Below, in pieces: positions 1 to 12,382 of a stretch of 64,000 nt of DNA. The position numbers and the translations under genes were made by a program. Source of the DNA: Parcubacteria group bacterium GW2011_GWA2_47_26 (GTDB taxonomy: Bacteria > Patescibacteriota > Patescibacteriia > GWA2-47-26); NCBI GenBank assembly GCA_001001705.1, contig LCOG01000002.1:20056-84055 (forward strand). The letters are read 5' to 3'. The notes beneath the pieces were generated by a model. It worked only from the letters and a program-made list of their open reading frames with translations. It searched no databases and was not told the DNA's origin. Numbering within the stretch: the first letter of the stretch is position 1; each line of letters begins with the position of its first letter.

Positions 1-12
1 GACAATTATAAA

Positions 13-1482
<1,470 letters not shown>

Positions 1483-1521
1483 ATTGTTGATGTAAATTTA
1501 AATATTTAAATATCCAAAAAT

Positions 1522-1923
1522 ATGCCCAACAATAAAACTAGAATTCTCTTGGTTGAGGACGATACATTTCTCGCCGGAATTTACGCTCATAAATTTGAGG
1601 CCGAGGGCTTTGAAGTTCTCCTTGCCACGGATGGCGAGGCGGGCGCTAAAGTCGCCGCCAAAGAATTGCCCAATATAATTCTACTGGATATTCTTCTGCC
1701 TAAAATGGACGGTTTTGAAGTTTTGGAAAAGGTTAAAGGCGATGCAAAAACCAAAAATATACCCGTAATCCTGCTTACTAATCTTGGCCAGAAAGAAGAC
1801 GTTGATAAGGGATTGAAATTAGGGGCTTCAGATTACTTAATTAAGGCACATTTTATGCCCCAGGAAACCGTGGAGAAGGTTAAGAAGGTTCTAGCTGCTA
1901 ATCCTGCAAGGTCTGGGAAATAG
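1522..1923 (+). CDS. CheY-like response regulator receiver domain protein
   Basis: ILLVEDD...LLDILLPKMDGFEV receiver-domain signature (acid pocket D, phospho-accepting D, K near C-terminus); sits between pilB and pilC. Confidence 0.8.
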   Translation: MPNNKTRILLVEDDTFLAGIYAHKFEAEGFEVLLATDGEAGAKVAAKELPNIILLDILLPKMDGFEVLEKVKGDAKTKNIPVILLTNLGQKEDVDKGLKLGASDYLIKAHFMPQETVEKVKKVLAANPARSGK

Positions 1924-1929
1924 ACGGGT

Positions 1930-3126
1930 ATGCCGCTTTTTCGTTATCGCGCGAAAGATGCTCAAGGCAGGATGGTTGAAGGCCGCGTAGAGGCGTCGAC
2001 CCTCATTCTAGCCGAGGCTGCGCTTAAAGATCGCGGTTATGAGATTGTTTTACTTGGAGAGGTAAAACGCAAATTCAGTCTTCCGACTTGGGAGCGGGTT
2101 AAAACCCGCGACCTTGTTATTTTTGCGCGGCAGTTGTCCGTGCTCATTGGGGCTAATGTTCCAATCGTGCAGTCGTTGCGTACAGTTGTGCGTCAAACGC
2201 CCAGCCCAGTTTTAAATAAAATATTGCATCAAGTTGCTGATGAGGTTGAGGCAGGAGCGCGACTGTCGCTTGCCTTTGCTAAACACCCCAAGATTTTTGA
2301 TGAATTTTTTGTGAACATGATAAAAGCGGGCGAGACTGCCGGCCGTTTGAACGAAGTTCTGGGTTATCTTGCTGATCAAAAAGAAAAAGACTACGATCTC
2401 AATTCAAAAATTCGCGGGGCCATGATGTATCCTGCCTTCATAATATTCGGCATGATTGTGGTCGGGATTATCCTGCTGGTTTATATTATTCCGCAATTGA
2501 CCTCCACGCTTCAGGAAGCTGGAGTGGAGCTTCCTTTGACTACGCGGCTTTTAATTGGGGCTTCCAGGGCCGTGAAAGAATACGGCTGGTTAATGCTTAT
2601 TGGTCTTATAGCTCTAGTCGCTGGTCTTCGTTACGGTTTGCGCAATCCTGAATTCCGCGCGGGCTGGGATAAAAATAAACTGCGCTTGCCCGTTGTCGGT
2701 GCGCTGTTTCAGCGCATTTATTTAGCGCGTTTTTCACGCAGTTTGAATACTCTGCTTGCCGGCGGTGTTGACATTGTTGCCAGTTTGAAAGGCGTGGGCA
2801 AGGTTATTGGCAATGCGCACTATGAACGGCTCGTGCGACAAACTGTGCGCGAGGTAGAAGACGGCAATTCAATCATTACCGTATTTAAAGACGATCCTTT
2901 AGTGCCCGCCATGATCTCGCAAATGCTTTCGGTTGGCGAGGAAACTGGCCAGCTTTCCGGAATTTTGGAAAAGCTCACGAATTTTTATACGCGCGAAGTT
3001 GATAATGCCGTTACTGATCTAGTGTCCGTTATTGAACCACTGCTTATGATTGCAATTGGCGTGGGGGTCGGCATGATTGTGGCTTCAATAATTTTGCCCA
3101 TGTACCGTTTGTCCGGACAGTTTTAG
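1930..3126 (+). CDS. pilC: Type IV pilus inner-membrane platform protein PilC (GspF family)
   Basis: GspF-family duplicated domain architecture with TM segments; position after pilB. Confidence 0.9.
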   Translation: MPLFRYRAKDAQGRMVEGRVEASTLILAEAALKDRGYEIVLLGEVKRKFSLPTWERVKTRDLVIFARQLSVLIGANVPIVQSLRTVVRQTPSPVLNKILHQVADEVEAGARLSLAFAKHPKIFDEFFVNMIKAGETAGRLNEVLGYLADQKEKDYDLNSKIRGAMMYPAFIIFGMIVVGIILLVYIIPQLTSTLQEAGVELPLTTRLLIGASRAVKEYGWLMLIGLIALVAGLRYGLRNPEFRAGWDKNKLRLPVVGALFQRIYLARFSRSLNTLLAGGVDIVASLKGVGKVIGNAHYERLVRQTVREVEDGNSIITVFKDDPLVPAMISQMLSVGEETGQLSGILEKLTNFYTREVDNAVTDLVSVIEPLLMIAIGVGVGMIVASIILPMYRLSGQF

Positions 3127-3130
3127 TCTA

Positions 3131-3170
3131 TTTGTGACCTAGTCACATTTTTATGTGGCTAGGTCACAAA
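3131..3170. promoter_or_regulatory. Inverted repeat TTTGTGACCTAGTCACAT-tttt-ATGTGGCTAGGTCACAAA between pilC and the first pilin gene
   Basis: Near-perfect dyad; half-site repeated at 8309. Confidence 0.45.
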
Positions 3171-3258
3171 TCACATCACAAAGGGTCTATCGTAAGTCCA
3201 CTAGATTATGTTATACTAAATATATTCAAGCTATGTGGATAACTGACACCGAAGGTGT

Positions 3259-3335
3259 CAGCCTGACCCCGCCAAAGCGGGGGAAGGATCCCCAGCATAC
3301 AAGAATGAGATTCTTCACTATGTTCAGAATGACAC
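3259..3335. repeat. Family A palindromic element (degenerate copy) upstream of pilin gene
   Basis: GTCAGCCTGA...GGAAGGATCCCC...GATTCTTCACTATGTTCAGAATGACA. Confidence 0.5.
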
Positions 3336-3388
3336 TATCAAAGCGCGGGCCTGCCCACCGAGTGTTACGGGGCGAAGCGCCGAACGGT

Positions 3389-3868
3389 ATGTGCGGCGGG
3401 ACGAGAGGCGGGTTTACTTTAGTGGAGCTCCTTATTGCTATCGCGATTATTGGAATTCTCTCCACCGTGGCAACCGTGTCCTTGACCAAAGCCCGTCGTC
3501 ATGCGCGGGATACAAAACGGGCTTCGGATATCCAGCAGATGCGCAATGCTTTGCTGATTTATTCTAATCAAAAGGCGGGTTATCCAGATGGGTCGGTTAC
3601 AGAATGTACTACTATAGGATGTGTTTTGGGCGAGGGGCAGGCACAATGTCTTGATGATTCCGTGGCCGGATTACATGCGTCCGGTACTTGCGACGGCCTA
3701 ATCATTATGCAGCGGGTTCCTAAAGAAATAGTGGCTACCCACCCGCCATATCGTTATCTGAAAACGGCGACAGGATATACGATTAGTTTTACATTGGAAG
3801 GTGCGGTTGGAGATTTATCGGGCGGCAATTGTATTGCGAAACCGGAAAATATAACATGTAGTCCGTAA
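3389..3868 (+). CDS. Type IV pilin (prepilin with class III signal)
   Basis: Leader MCGGTRGG then mature end FTLVELLIAIAIIGILSTV; ORF track extends 5' to 3155 but the pilin leader starts at ATG 3389. Confidence 0.75.
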   Translation: MCGGTRGGFTLVELLIAIAIIGILSTVATVSLTKARRHARDTKRASDIQQMRNALLIYSNQKAGYPDGSVTECTTIGCVLGEGQAQCLDDSVAGLHASGTCDGLIIMQRVPKEIVATHPPYRYLKTATGYTISFTLEGAVGDLSGGNCIAKPENITCSP

Positions 3869-3942
3869 AGGTCTTTATGTTCTGGCAAAAATTCATGGCT
3901 TAAGCCGATTTTTGCTAGAACAATCAGAAAGGGGGTGAGATA

Positions 3943-4476
3943 ATGAAGAAACAAACATACAAGAAAGGGTTTACTTTGATCGAGCTATTGGTGGTAATTG
4001 CCATTATCGGAATCTTATCAACCTTAGCCGTTATCTCACTGGGTAACGCCAGAACAAAAGCACGTGATTCCAAGAGACTTTCGGATATGCGCAGTGTAGA
4101 GAGTGCTTTGGAAATTTATTACACGGATCAGCAGGCGTATCCAGTAGCCGCCACTACCAATCCATGTCTTATAGCCACGAGCATTGAGAATTGTTGTTTG
4201 AATAATATTTCCGGGGCAGAAGGTGGTTGGAAAACCGCCGGCAACTGCACAGGGGGTTCTACCCTGATAACAGTTCCGAACGATCCTAGAAACACAGGGA
4301 CATGGGATAACTACGTTTATTTGCGACCAGATGCCAATACTTATTCTGTTGAATTTGCTCTAGAAGCGGATCCTGATAGCACTGGTCCACTTGTGATTAC
4401 GTCATCTACCACAACGACAAACTGTCTCTCATCAGGAGGTATGACTGCAAATACAGGCGCGGCAGGATGTCCGTAG
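3943..4476 (+). CDS. Type IV pilin (major pilin candidate)
   Basis: MKKQTYKKG|FTLIELLVVIAIIGILSTLAV classic prepilin N-terminus with Glu at +5; strong GGGTGAG RBS upstream. Confidence 0.85.
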   Translation: MKKQTYKKGFTLIELLVVIAIIGILSTLAVISLGNARTKARDSKRLSDMRSVESALEIYYTDQQAYPVAATTNPCLIATSIENCCLNNISGAEGGWKTAGNCTGGSTLITVPNDPRNTGTWDNYVYLRPDANTYSVEFALEADPDSTGPLVITSSTTTTNCLSSGGMTANTGAAGCP

Positions 4477-4568
4477 TCAGAGTCATAAGATGTATATGTG
4501 AAAGTAAAGGATCGCCCATACACAGGGGCGGTCCTTTTGTGGTACACTACAGATGTAGAACAACTGTT

Positions 4569-5504
4569 ATGAATATAATTTTTGTCATAATACTTGGCCT
4601 TGTCGTGGGCAGTTTTTTGAATGCCTATATTTTTCGTTTGCATAGAAGTACAACTCTTAACCCTTCCCTGCATAACCCCCTCCAACTCCCCCTTATCTTA
4701 AGGGGGAGAGATCGATCACCCCCCCCTCTTAGGATAAGAGGGGGTGAGGGGGAGTTACGAAGTGTCTGGCGCGGCAGGTCATACTGTCCAAAATGTAAAA
4801 AACCCTTAGCCTGGTATGAACTGATTCCAGTTCTGTCGTTTATTTTACAGTTGCGCCGTTGTCGCGGCTGTAAGCAAAGGATTGATTGGCAGTACCCGGT
4901 GGTGGAGTTGAGTACGGCAGTTCTGTTTGTGCTGGCTTATCTAGCACAAAGAATTATGAATCAGGCCGTAATTCATGATTTCCTATTCCTGATTCAACAA
5001 CTGGTAGCCTGGTACTTGCTTTCCGTCCTTGTCATCCTTTTCGTTTTTGATCTCCGCTATGGCCTAGTGCCGGATAGAATGGTGTTGCCTGCGATTGTGA
5101 TAGCGTTTTTTAGCATGGTCATCCTAAATGCAGTGAAGGATCCCATGATTCCCGATATAGACGGGATTCTTCGCTTCGCTCAGAATGGCACAAACCTCTA
5201 CGTTCTCTTAGCCATCGCTGTCGGCGCCGGATTTTTTGCTTTACAATACTACGCTTCAAAAGGCCGCTGGCTTGGCGCTGGCGATATTCGTATTGGCGCT
5301 TTAATGGGAGCAATGTTGGGCTGGCCGCTGATTATTGAGGCACTGGTTCTATCCTACATGATCGGCGGAGTCGTTGGACTGCTATTGATTGCAACAGGTA
5401 AAAAGCGTTTTGGCCAAACTGTGCCTTTAGGAACATTTTTAACTCTGGGCACAGCAATAACTTTTTTATATGGCGAACAAATTTGGCATTGGTATTGGGG
5501 ATAA
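4569..5504 (+). CDS. pilD: Prepilin peptidase PilD (A24 family); carries an in-frame family E palindromic element
   Basis: CPKC...CRGC tetracysteine motif before multiple TM helices, A24 peptidase core; ORF track starts at 4467 but hydrophobic N-terminus MNIIFVIILGLVVGSF starts at ATG 4569. Confidence 0.8.
   Translation: MNIIFVIILGLVVGSFLNAYIFRLHRSTTLNPSLHNPLQLPLILRGRDRSPPPLRIRGGEGELRSVWRGRSYCPKCKKPLAWYELIPVLSFILQLRRCRGCKQRIDWQYPVVELSTAVLFVLAYLAQRIMNQAVIHDFLFLIQQLVAWYLLSVLVILFVFDLRYGLVPDRMVLPAIVIAFFSMVILNAVKDPMIPDIDGILRFAQNGTNLYVLLAIAVGAGFFALQYYASKGRWLGAGDIRIGALMGAMLGWPLIIEALVLSYMIGGVVGLLLIATGKKRFGQTVPLGTFLTLGTAITFLYGEQIWHWYWG
4671..4766. repeat. Family E element (two hairpin units) within pilD
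   Basis: CATAACCCCCTCCAACTCCCCCTTATCTTAAGGGGGAGAG...CCCCCCCTCTTAGGATAAGAGGGGGTGAGGGGGAGTTACGAAGTG. Confidence 0.8.
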
Positions 5505-6144
5505 TGGGCGCGGGCCTGCCCGACTGAAATTTCTGCCGTGCAAAAATTTGGGTGGTTTTACTTTGGCAGAAGTTTTAGTAGCGATGTTTATTTTTACTGT
5601 TATCACAACAGCGGTGGTTGTTAATTATCGAGTGGGCGATCGCAATACTGAATTACGTCTTGCCGCAGAAGAAGTCGCCTCGTTTATTCGCAATGCGCAA
5701 ATTATGGCCCAAGCCGGGCGGACGATAAAATTATGCGTAAGCGGTGGTGTTCAGGACAGAGTATGCGAAGGAGCCGTGGGAGTTTGTAGTGGTGGAACAA
5801 CCTGCAGTGATCAAACGCCACGCGGCGGTTATGGAATATTTTTGCAGGCTGCTAGTACCCCCCCGATATTTTTTGCAAATAGCATAAATCCAGACGAAAG
5901 AAGTTATAATGAAGGCGAAAATGTACCGACTATTAGACTACAACTTCCTTCAAAAATTAGCATCGCATCAATTAATCCGTCGTTACCGCTCACGATCGTC
6001 TTTGCACCGCCACGGCCGCGGACCTGGATAAATAATAACAGTGACATTGTAGAGGCACGCATCATCTTACAGCATGCCGATACTGGTGCGACACGTACCG
6101 TAATTATCAAAAGCGTGAGCGGCAGAATAGAAGTTAATCCGTAA
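5470..6144 (+). CDS. Pseudopilin / minor pilin (GspH/FimT-like); true start possibly TTG at 5539 giving leader MGG|FTLAEVL
   Basis: GGFTLAEVLVAMFIFTVITTAVV prepilin motif. Confidence 0.65.
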   Translation: MANKFGIGIGDNGRGPARLKFLPCKNLGGFTLAEVLVAMFIFTVITTAVVVNYRVGDRNTELRLAAEEVASFIRNAQIMAQAGRTIKLCVSGGVQDRVCEGAVGVCSGGTTCSDQTPRGGYGIFLQAASTPPIFFANSINPDERSYNEGENVPTIRLQLPSKISIASINPSLPLTIVFAPPRPRTWINNNSDIVEARIILQHADTGATRTVIIKSVSGRIEVNP

Positions 6145-6262
6145 TCCCGTTAGAAGCCGCGGTCGCGTTATTATCTGGCACAATATTTATGCAGAGGGTC
6201 AATTTTACCAAAATAAATCTAACCGGCAGGGCGGAGAGACCGCAACCTGCTTCTCACGGGAT
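6144..6262. repeat. Family B hairpin element filling the intergenic junction and ending on the AT of the next start codon
   Basis: ATCCCGTTAGAAGCCGCGGTCGCG ... GAGACCGCAACCTGCTTCTCACGGGAT|G. Confidence 0.75.
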
Positions 6263-6848
6263 GAAAAAAGGACAAGGACTGTTGGAAACCATTGTCGCGC
6301 TTGGCATTATTATGACCGGGCTTATGGCTACGATTACTCTTGTGATTTCTAATTTGCGCGCGCAGCGCGATAGCGCGAGCCGGCTTGTTGCGGTAAATTT
6401 GGCGCGCGAGGGTGTTGAGGTCGTGCGAGCAATTCGGGATACGAATTGGCTTGCTGGGAGTGATACTTGGGCAGGTATTCTGCGGGGTAGCGACACCACG
6501 GCCGTGCTCCAGTTTGAGCCATCGACCTTGAGCTACGAGCTCAACTATGACCCGTCCGGTATAGACAATGTGCAAGCGCAAATTTGTAAATCCAGCGTCG
6601 AAGACCACAGAGGAGTGTATGTTCAGCCGGGGCCATGTGGTCGTCCTGGTTTAGAACCTACGCGATTTCGGCGCCTTCTTAATGTAACGAGTATAAAGTG
6701 CCGTGACGATGGCGCTTTGAGTGTCGCATGTGTTGAACTGGGGTCTGATACTGTAGTGGGTATAACAGTGAATTCTGCTGTGCGATGGGACGAAGGCGGA
6801 CAAACAAAAAATGTGGAAATTATAGAAAAGCTATATGACTGGCGGTAA
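6261..6848 (+). CDS. Pseudopilin (PilV/PilW-like minor pilin)
   Basis: MKKGQG|LLETIVALGIIMTGL prepilin-like N-terminus with Glu+5; ORF track start 6189 lies inside the repeat element, ATG 6261 is the likely start. Confidence 0.6.
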   Translation: MKKGQGLLETIVALGIIMTGLMATITLVISNLRAQRDSASRLVAVNLAREGVEVVRAIRDTNWLAGSDTWAGILRGSDTTAVLQFEPSTLSYELNYDPSGIDNVQAQICKSSVEDHRGVYVQPGPCGRPGLEPTRFRRLLNVTSIKCRDDGALSVACVELGSDTVVGITVNSAVRWDEGGQTKNVEIIEKLYDWR

Positions 6849-7416
6849 AAAAGGATTCACTTTAATGGAGATGCTTGTGGCTTTGGCGATATTTTCTACG
6901 GTGGTGACGATCACTACGGACATCTTTTTTTCCTATCAACGCACCCAGCGCAAAACCGAGGAGCTGCAAAAAGTTGTCAGTACGGCGCGTTTTGTTTCTG
7001 AAGCCATCGTGCGCGAGGTTAAGGAAGGCACGATTGATTATGGATACACCAATTATGTACGTAGCGGTGATGCTCTTAGCAACCCCCAGACTGTTTTAGC
7101 GTTAAAAGACGCCGAAGGTCGCCAAGTAATATTCAGTCAATCAGGTCAGAATGGGTGTCCAGAAGGATCAGATCCATGTATTATTCTGACCCGCGATAGT
7201 GGGTCAGAAAGCATTACACCTAGAGGTGTGCGCGTGAATTCTTTGCAGTTTTATATCTCGCCAGCGCAAGACCCTTATAGTTTTGACATCGGACGCGGTG
7301 CTTTTATGAGTAATGCCCAGCCGCGCGTTACGGTTTTTATGTCGCTCATGGATAGTGAAAGACGCACGCAATACGATTTGCAAACTACAGTGGTAAGTCG
7401 GGCGTATAAACGGTGA
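6835..7416 (+). CDS. Pseudopilin (GspJ/PilW-like)
   Basis: MTGGKKG|FTLMEMLVALAIFSTVV prepilin motif. Confidence 0.7.
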   Translation: MTGGKKGFTLMEMLVALAIFSTVVTITTDIFFSYQRTQRKTEELQKVVSTARFVSEAIVREVKEGTIDYGYTNYVRSGDALSNPQTVLALKDAEGRQVIFSQSGQNGCPEGSDPCIILTRDSGSESITPRGVRVNSLQFYISPAQDPYSFDIGRGAFMSNAQPRVTVFMSLMDSERRTQYDLQTTVVSRAYKR

Positions 7417-7499
7417 GTATGAAATTTATAATGAAGAATATAGAATGTAAAATGGACGGGCCTGCCCGCCGAGTGTTATGGGGCGAAGAACCGAATGGC

Positions 7500-8294
7500 A
7501 TGCGCGGCGGGGCGAGAGGCGGGTACTCTCTGCTTTTGGCTTTGCTCATTACTGCGTCAGTCGCGGCGGCGTCTTCGGCGTTGGCGCGAATTATTGTGGC
7601 GGAAATCCGGCAGACTCGTTTTGTGGATAATGCCATTGTGGCGCAAGCCGCGGCCGAAAGCGGAGGAGAGCTGGGATTATTTCTGTTAAGAAAGACAAAC
7701 TATTTCAATAATCCACTCATTGCCGAGGCTATCTTGTCTCCCATTTCTATTGATACCGCTGGAGGTATCAGAGCAAGTGTAGTGGTTAGACCAACAGAAA
7801 CGCTACCAGTCTTTACCATTAGACAGAATGACTTCATCTCTTTTGCCATCCCTAATACTAGCCGCGCCCCACATCAAATAAACATCGCTTGGCGACCACT
7901 TGATCCAGTGGCCTGTGGTTCTAGTTGGATAGAAGTGGCACAGACGGTCTGGGATCCAGAAGATTTTTCAACTACTTACAATGCATGGCGTCAGCCGTAT
8001 TCCGCTCCTGCGAGAGCCACTGAAACTGTCGCAGTGCCTTTATTTTTAAGATCCAGAGGCGGACCGCGTGCTTTAGCGGTTGAGGAGTTGCGCATCAAGG
8101 CACTTTATTGTGATATTGCAGAATTACGTATCACCCCCTCTGAGCTATCCTCACGTGTTACTATTAATGCAATAGGCGAATATCGCGATTCAAAACAAGC
8201 CTTTAACATCGTCGCTCCCCGCAGTGCGCCTTTAGGCGGGTTGTTTGATTTTGTACTCTTTTCAGAAAGTGAGCTTAAAAAAGGAGTGGACTAA
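7500..8294 (+). CDS. Pilin-like protein with atypical N-terminus (PilX-like candidate)
   Basis: MRGGARGG|YSLLLALLITASVAAA hydrophobic helix after a leader similar to that of the 3389 pilin; conserved upstream nucleotide block. Confidence 0.5.
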   Translation: MRGGARGGYSLLLALLITASVAAASSALARIIVAEIRQTRFVDNAIVAQAAAESGGELGLFLLRKTNYFNNPLIAEAILSPISIDTAGGIRASVVVRPTETLPVFTIRQNDFISFAIPNTSRAPHQINIAWRPLDPVACGSSWIEVAQTVWDPEDFSTTYNAWRQPYSAPARATETVAVPLFLRSRGGPRALAVEELRIKALYCDIAELRITPSELSSRVTINAIGEYRDSKQAFNIVAPRSAPLGGLFDFVLFSESELKKGVD

Positions 8295-8308
8295 ATTATG
8301 GGGTAATG

Positions 8309-10469
<2,161 letters not shown>

Positions 10470-10489
10470 AGTAAGGTGAACACGTCGAA

Positions 10490-12355
10490 GTGATACATAT
10501 TATGCTTTCATCAGTTGATGAAATAAAAATACGACTGGATATTGTTGATTTTATTTCGACGTATGTGCAGTTAAAAAGAGCAGGCGCCAATTTTAAGGCG
10601 CTTTGCCCTTTTCATACTGAAAAAACGCCATCATTCATGATCTCCAAGGCAAAGCAGATGTGGTACTGTTTTGGTTGTAATGAAGGCGGGGATATTTTTA
10701 AGTTTTTAATGAAGATGGAAGGATTGGATTTTCCCGAAGCCCTAAAAATTTTAGCGGATAAGGCCGGGGTGGAGTTGCCCAAATACGACAAGCGGCTTGA
10801 AAGTCAAAAAAATACTCTACTAGAAATTCTGCGGCTAGCAGTAGAATTTTATTCAAAACAGTTGCATGCTCCGGCAGGACAGTCGGCTTTGAATTATTTG
10901 CAAAGGCGCGGTTTATCCGAAAATGTGATCAATCAGTTTGCCTTAGGTTATGCGCCGGATTCTTGGGATGCTCTTACTAACACCTTGCGTGCGCGATTTA
11001 AACCTGAAGACATATTTGCAGCCGGCCTTGTTGTGAAGAAAAATAGGGACGTTTCTAATTTTGCAAAGCAAAATTTAGAGACGTCCCATTTTTCCTCGTA
11101 CTACGACCGTTTTCGTCATCGGATTATGTTTCCCATCCGTGATGTCAACGGCAATGCAGTGGGCTTTACAAGTCGGCTTTTGGACGAGAAACGCGCTGAA
11201 GGCAAGTATATTAATACCCCCGAAACCATGCTCTACAACAAAAGCCGCGTGCTTTATGGGTTGGATTTAGCGCGCCAAGCTATGCGCCAATTGAATTACG
11301 CCGTGATTGTAGAGGGCAATATGGACGTGATTGCCTGCCATCAGTTTGGCATGTCTAATGTGGTGGCCGCCTCCGGCACTGCCATGACCATCGATCATCT
11401 TAGATTGCTCAAACGCTATACAAATAATCTTGCCATTGCCTTTGATGCTGATCCGGCTGGCGTCAGTGCCGCGAAACGCGGTATTGATCTTGCTCTGCAA
11501 GAAGGAATGAGGGTCAAGATTATTACAATTCCCAAAGATTGCGGCAAGGATCCCGATGAATGTATTCGTAAGAATAAAAAGGCTTGGGCCATTGCAGTTG
11601 GTGCGGCTCGCGAAGTCATGGATTATTATTTGGAGCGTGCAACTCGCAATTTTGATATAAAAACCGCAAAGGGTAAATCCGATTTTGCCAATCTCCTAAT
11701 GACCGAAATTAAAAAATTGCCGGATTTGATAGAACAAGATTTTTGGTTGAAAAAAGTTGCCGAGGCCTTGCGCGTTGATGATAAGTTATTGCGGGAGCAG
11801 ATGGCAAGAGTTGGTAACGCCCCTCAACCTCCTCTTAAGTTAAGAAAGGGAGTTACGCGTGAGGTGCCGGCAGAGACTAATATGCGCCCGAGGGCCGAGC
11901 TACTTTCGGAACGACTGCTTGCCCTTTTTCTGGCCGTGCCGCAATACGCGGAAAGCATCATTGAAGCTGTGCTTCCGGAGATGTTTTGTCCCGCGGGCAA
12001 TCAAGACCTTTACACCCAACTTGTGCAATGTTATACTGCTTATAATTCACAAGGCTCCGCTTCGGCGGGGGCTGATTTCAGCCAATTTTGGCATAACTGG
12101 TGCGTAAATCACGCACCAGAACTTTCATCCACAGCCGCTATTCTTGAACTTTATAAAGACAAGGAGTTTGCGGGTTGGGACGACATCCAGTTAAGGCGGG
12201 AAAAAAATTTTTTAACTAAAGAAATTCGGCGCGAATATTTACACAAGCGCCGTTTTGAGCTTACCGAAGCAATGCGCCAAGCCGAGAAAGAGGATGATAA
12301 AGCGCAGGTGGCTGAACTTACCCGCGAATTTGAGGCGCTTGCGGCGCAAGAATAG
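10490..12355 (+). CDS. dnaG: DNA primase DnaG (in-frame family F and E elements)
   Basis: CPFHTEKTPSF...CFGC zinc-binding domain, TOPRIM region. Confidence 0.9.
   Translation: MIHIMLSSVDEIKIRLDIVDFISTYVQLKRAGANFKALCPFHTEKTPSFMISKAKQMWYCFGCNEGGDIFKFLMKMEGLDFPEALKILADKAGVELPKYDKRLESQKNTLLEILRLAVEFYSKQLHAPAGQSALNYLQRRGLSENVINQFALGYAPDSWDALTNTLRARFKPEDIFAAGLVVKKNRDVSNFAKQNLETSHFSSYYDRFRHRIMFPIRDVNGNAVGFTSRLLDEKRAEGKYINTPETMLYNKSRVLYGLDLARQAMRQLNYAVIVEGNMDVIACHQFGMSNVVAASGTAMTIDHLRLLKRYTNNLAIAFDADPAGVSAAKRGIDLALQEGMRVKIITIPKDCGKDPDECIRKNKKAWAIAVGAAREVMDYYLERATRNFDIKTAKGKSDFANLLMTEIKKLPDLIEQDFWLKKVAEALRVDDKLLREQMARVGNAPQPPLKLRKGVTREVPAETNMRPRAELLSERLLALFLAVPQYAESIIEAVLPEMFCPAGNQDLYTQLVQCYTAYNSQGSASAGADFSQFWHNWCVNHAPELSSTAAILELYKDKEFAGWDDIQLRREKNFLTKEIRREYLHKRRFELTEAMRQAEKEDDKAQVAELTREFEALAAQE
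11041..11095. repeat. Family F hairpin element within dnaG
   Basis: AAATAGGGACGTTTCTAATTTTGCAAAGCAAAATTTAGAGACGTCCCATTTTTCC. Confidence 0.75.
11820..11859. repeat. Family E single unit (degenerate) within dnaG
   Basis: CCCCTCAACCTCCTCTTAAGTTAAGAAAGGGAGTTACGCGTG. Confidence 0.55.
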
Positions 12356-12382
12356 GGATGCCTATTATTAAATTCAAAGATC

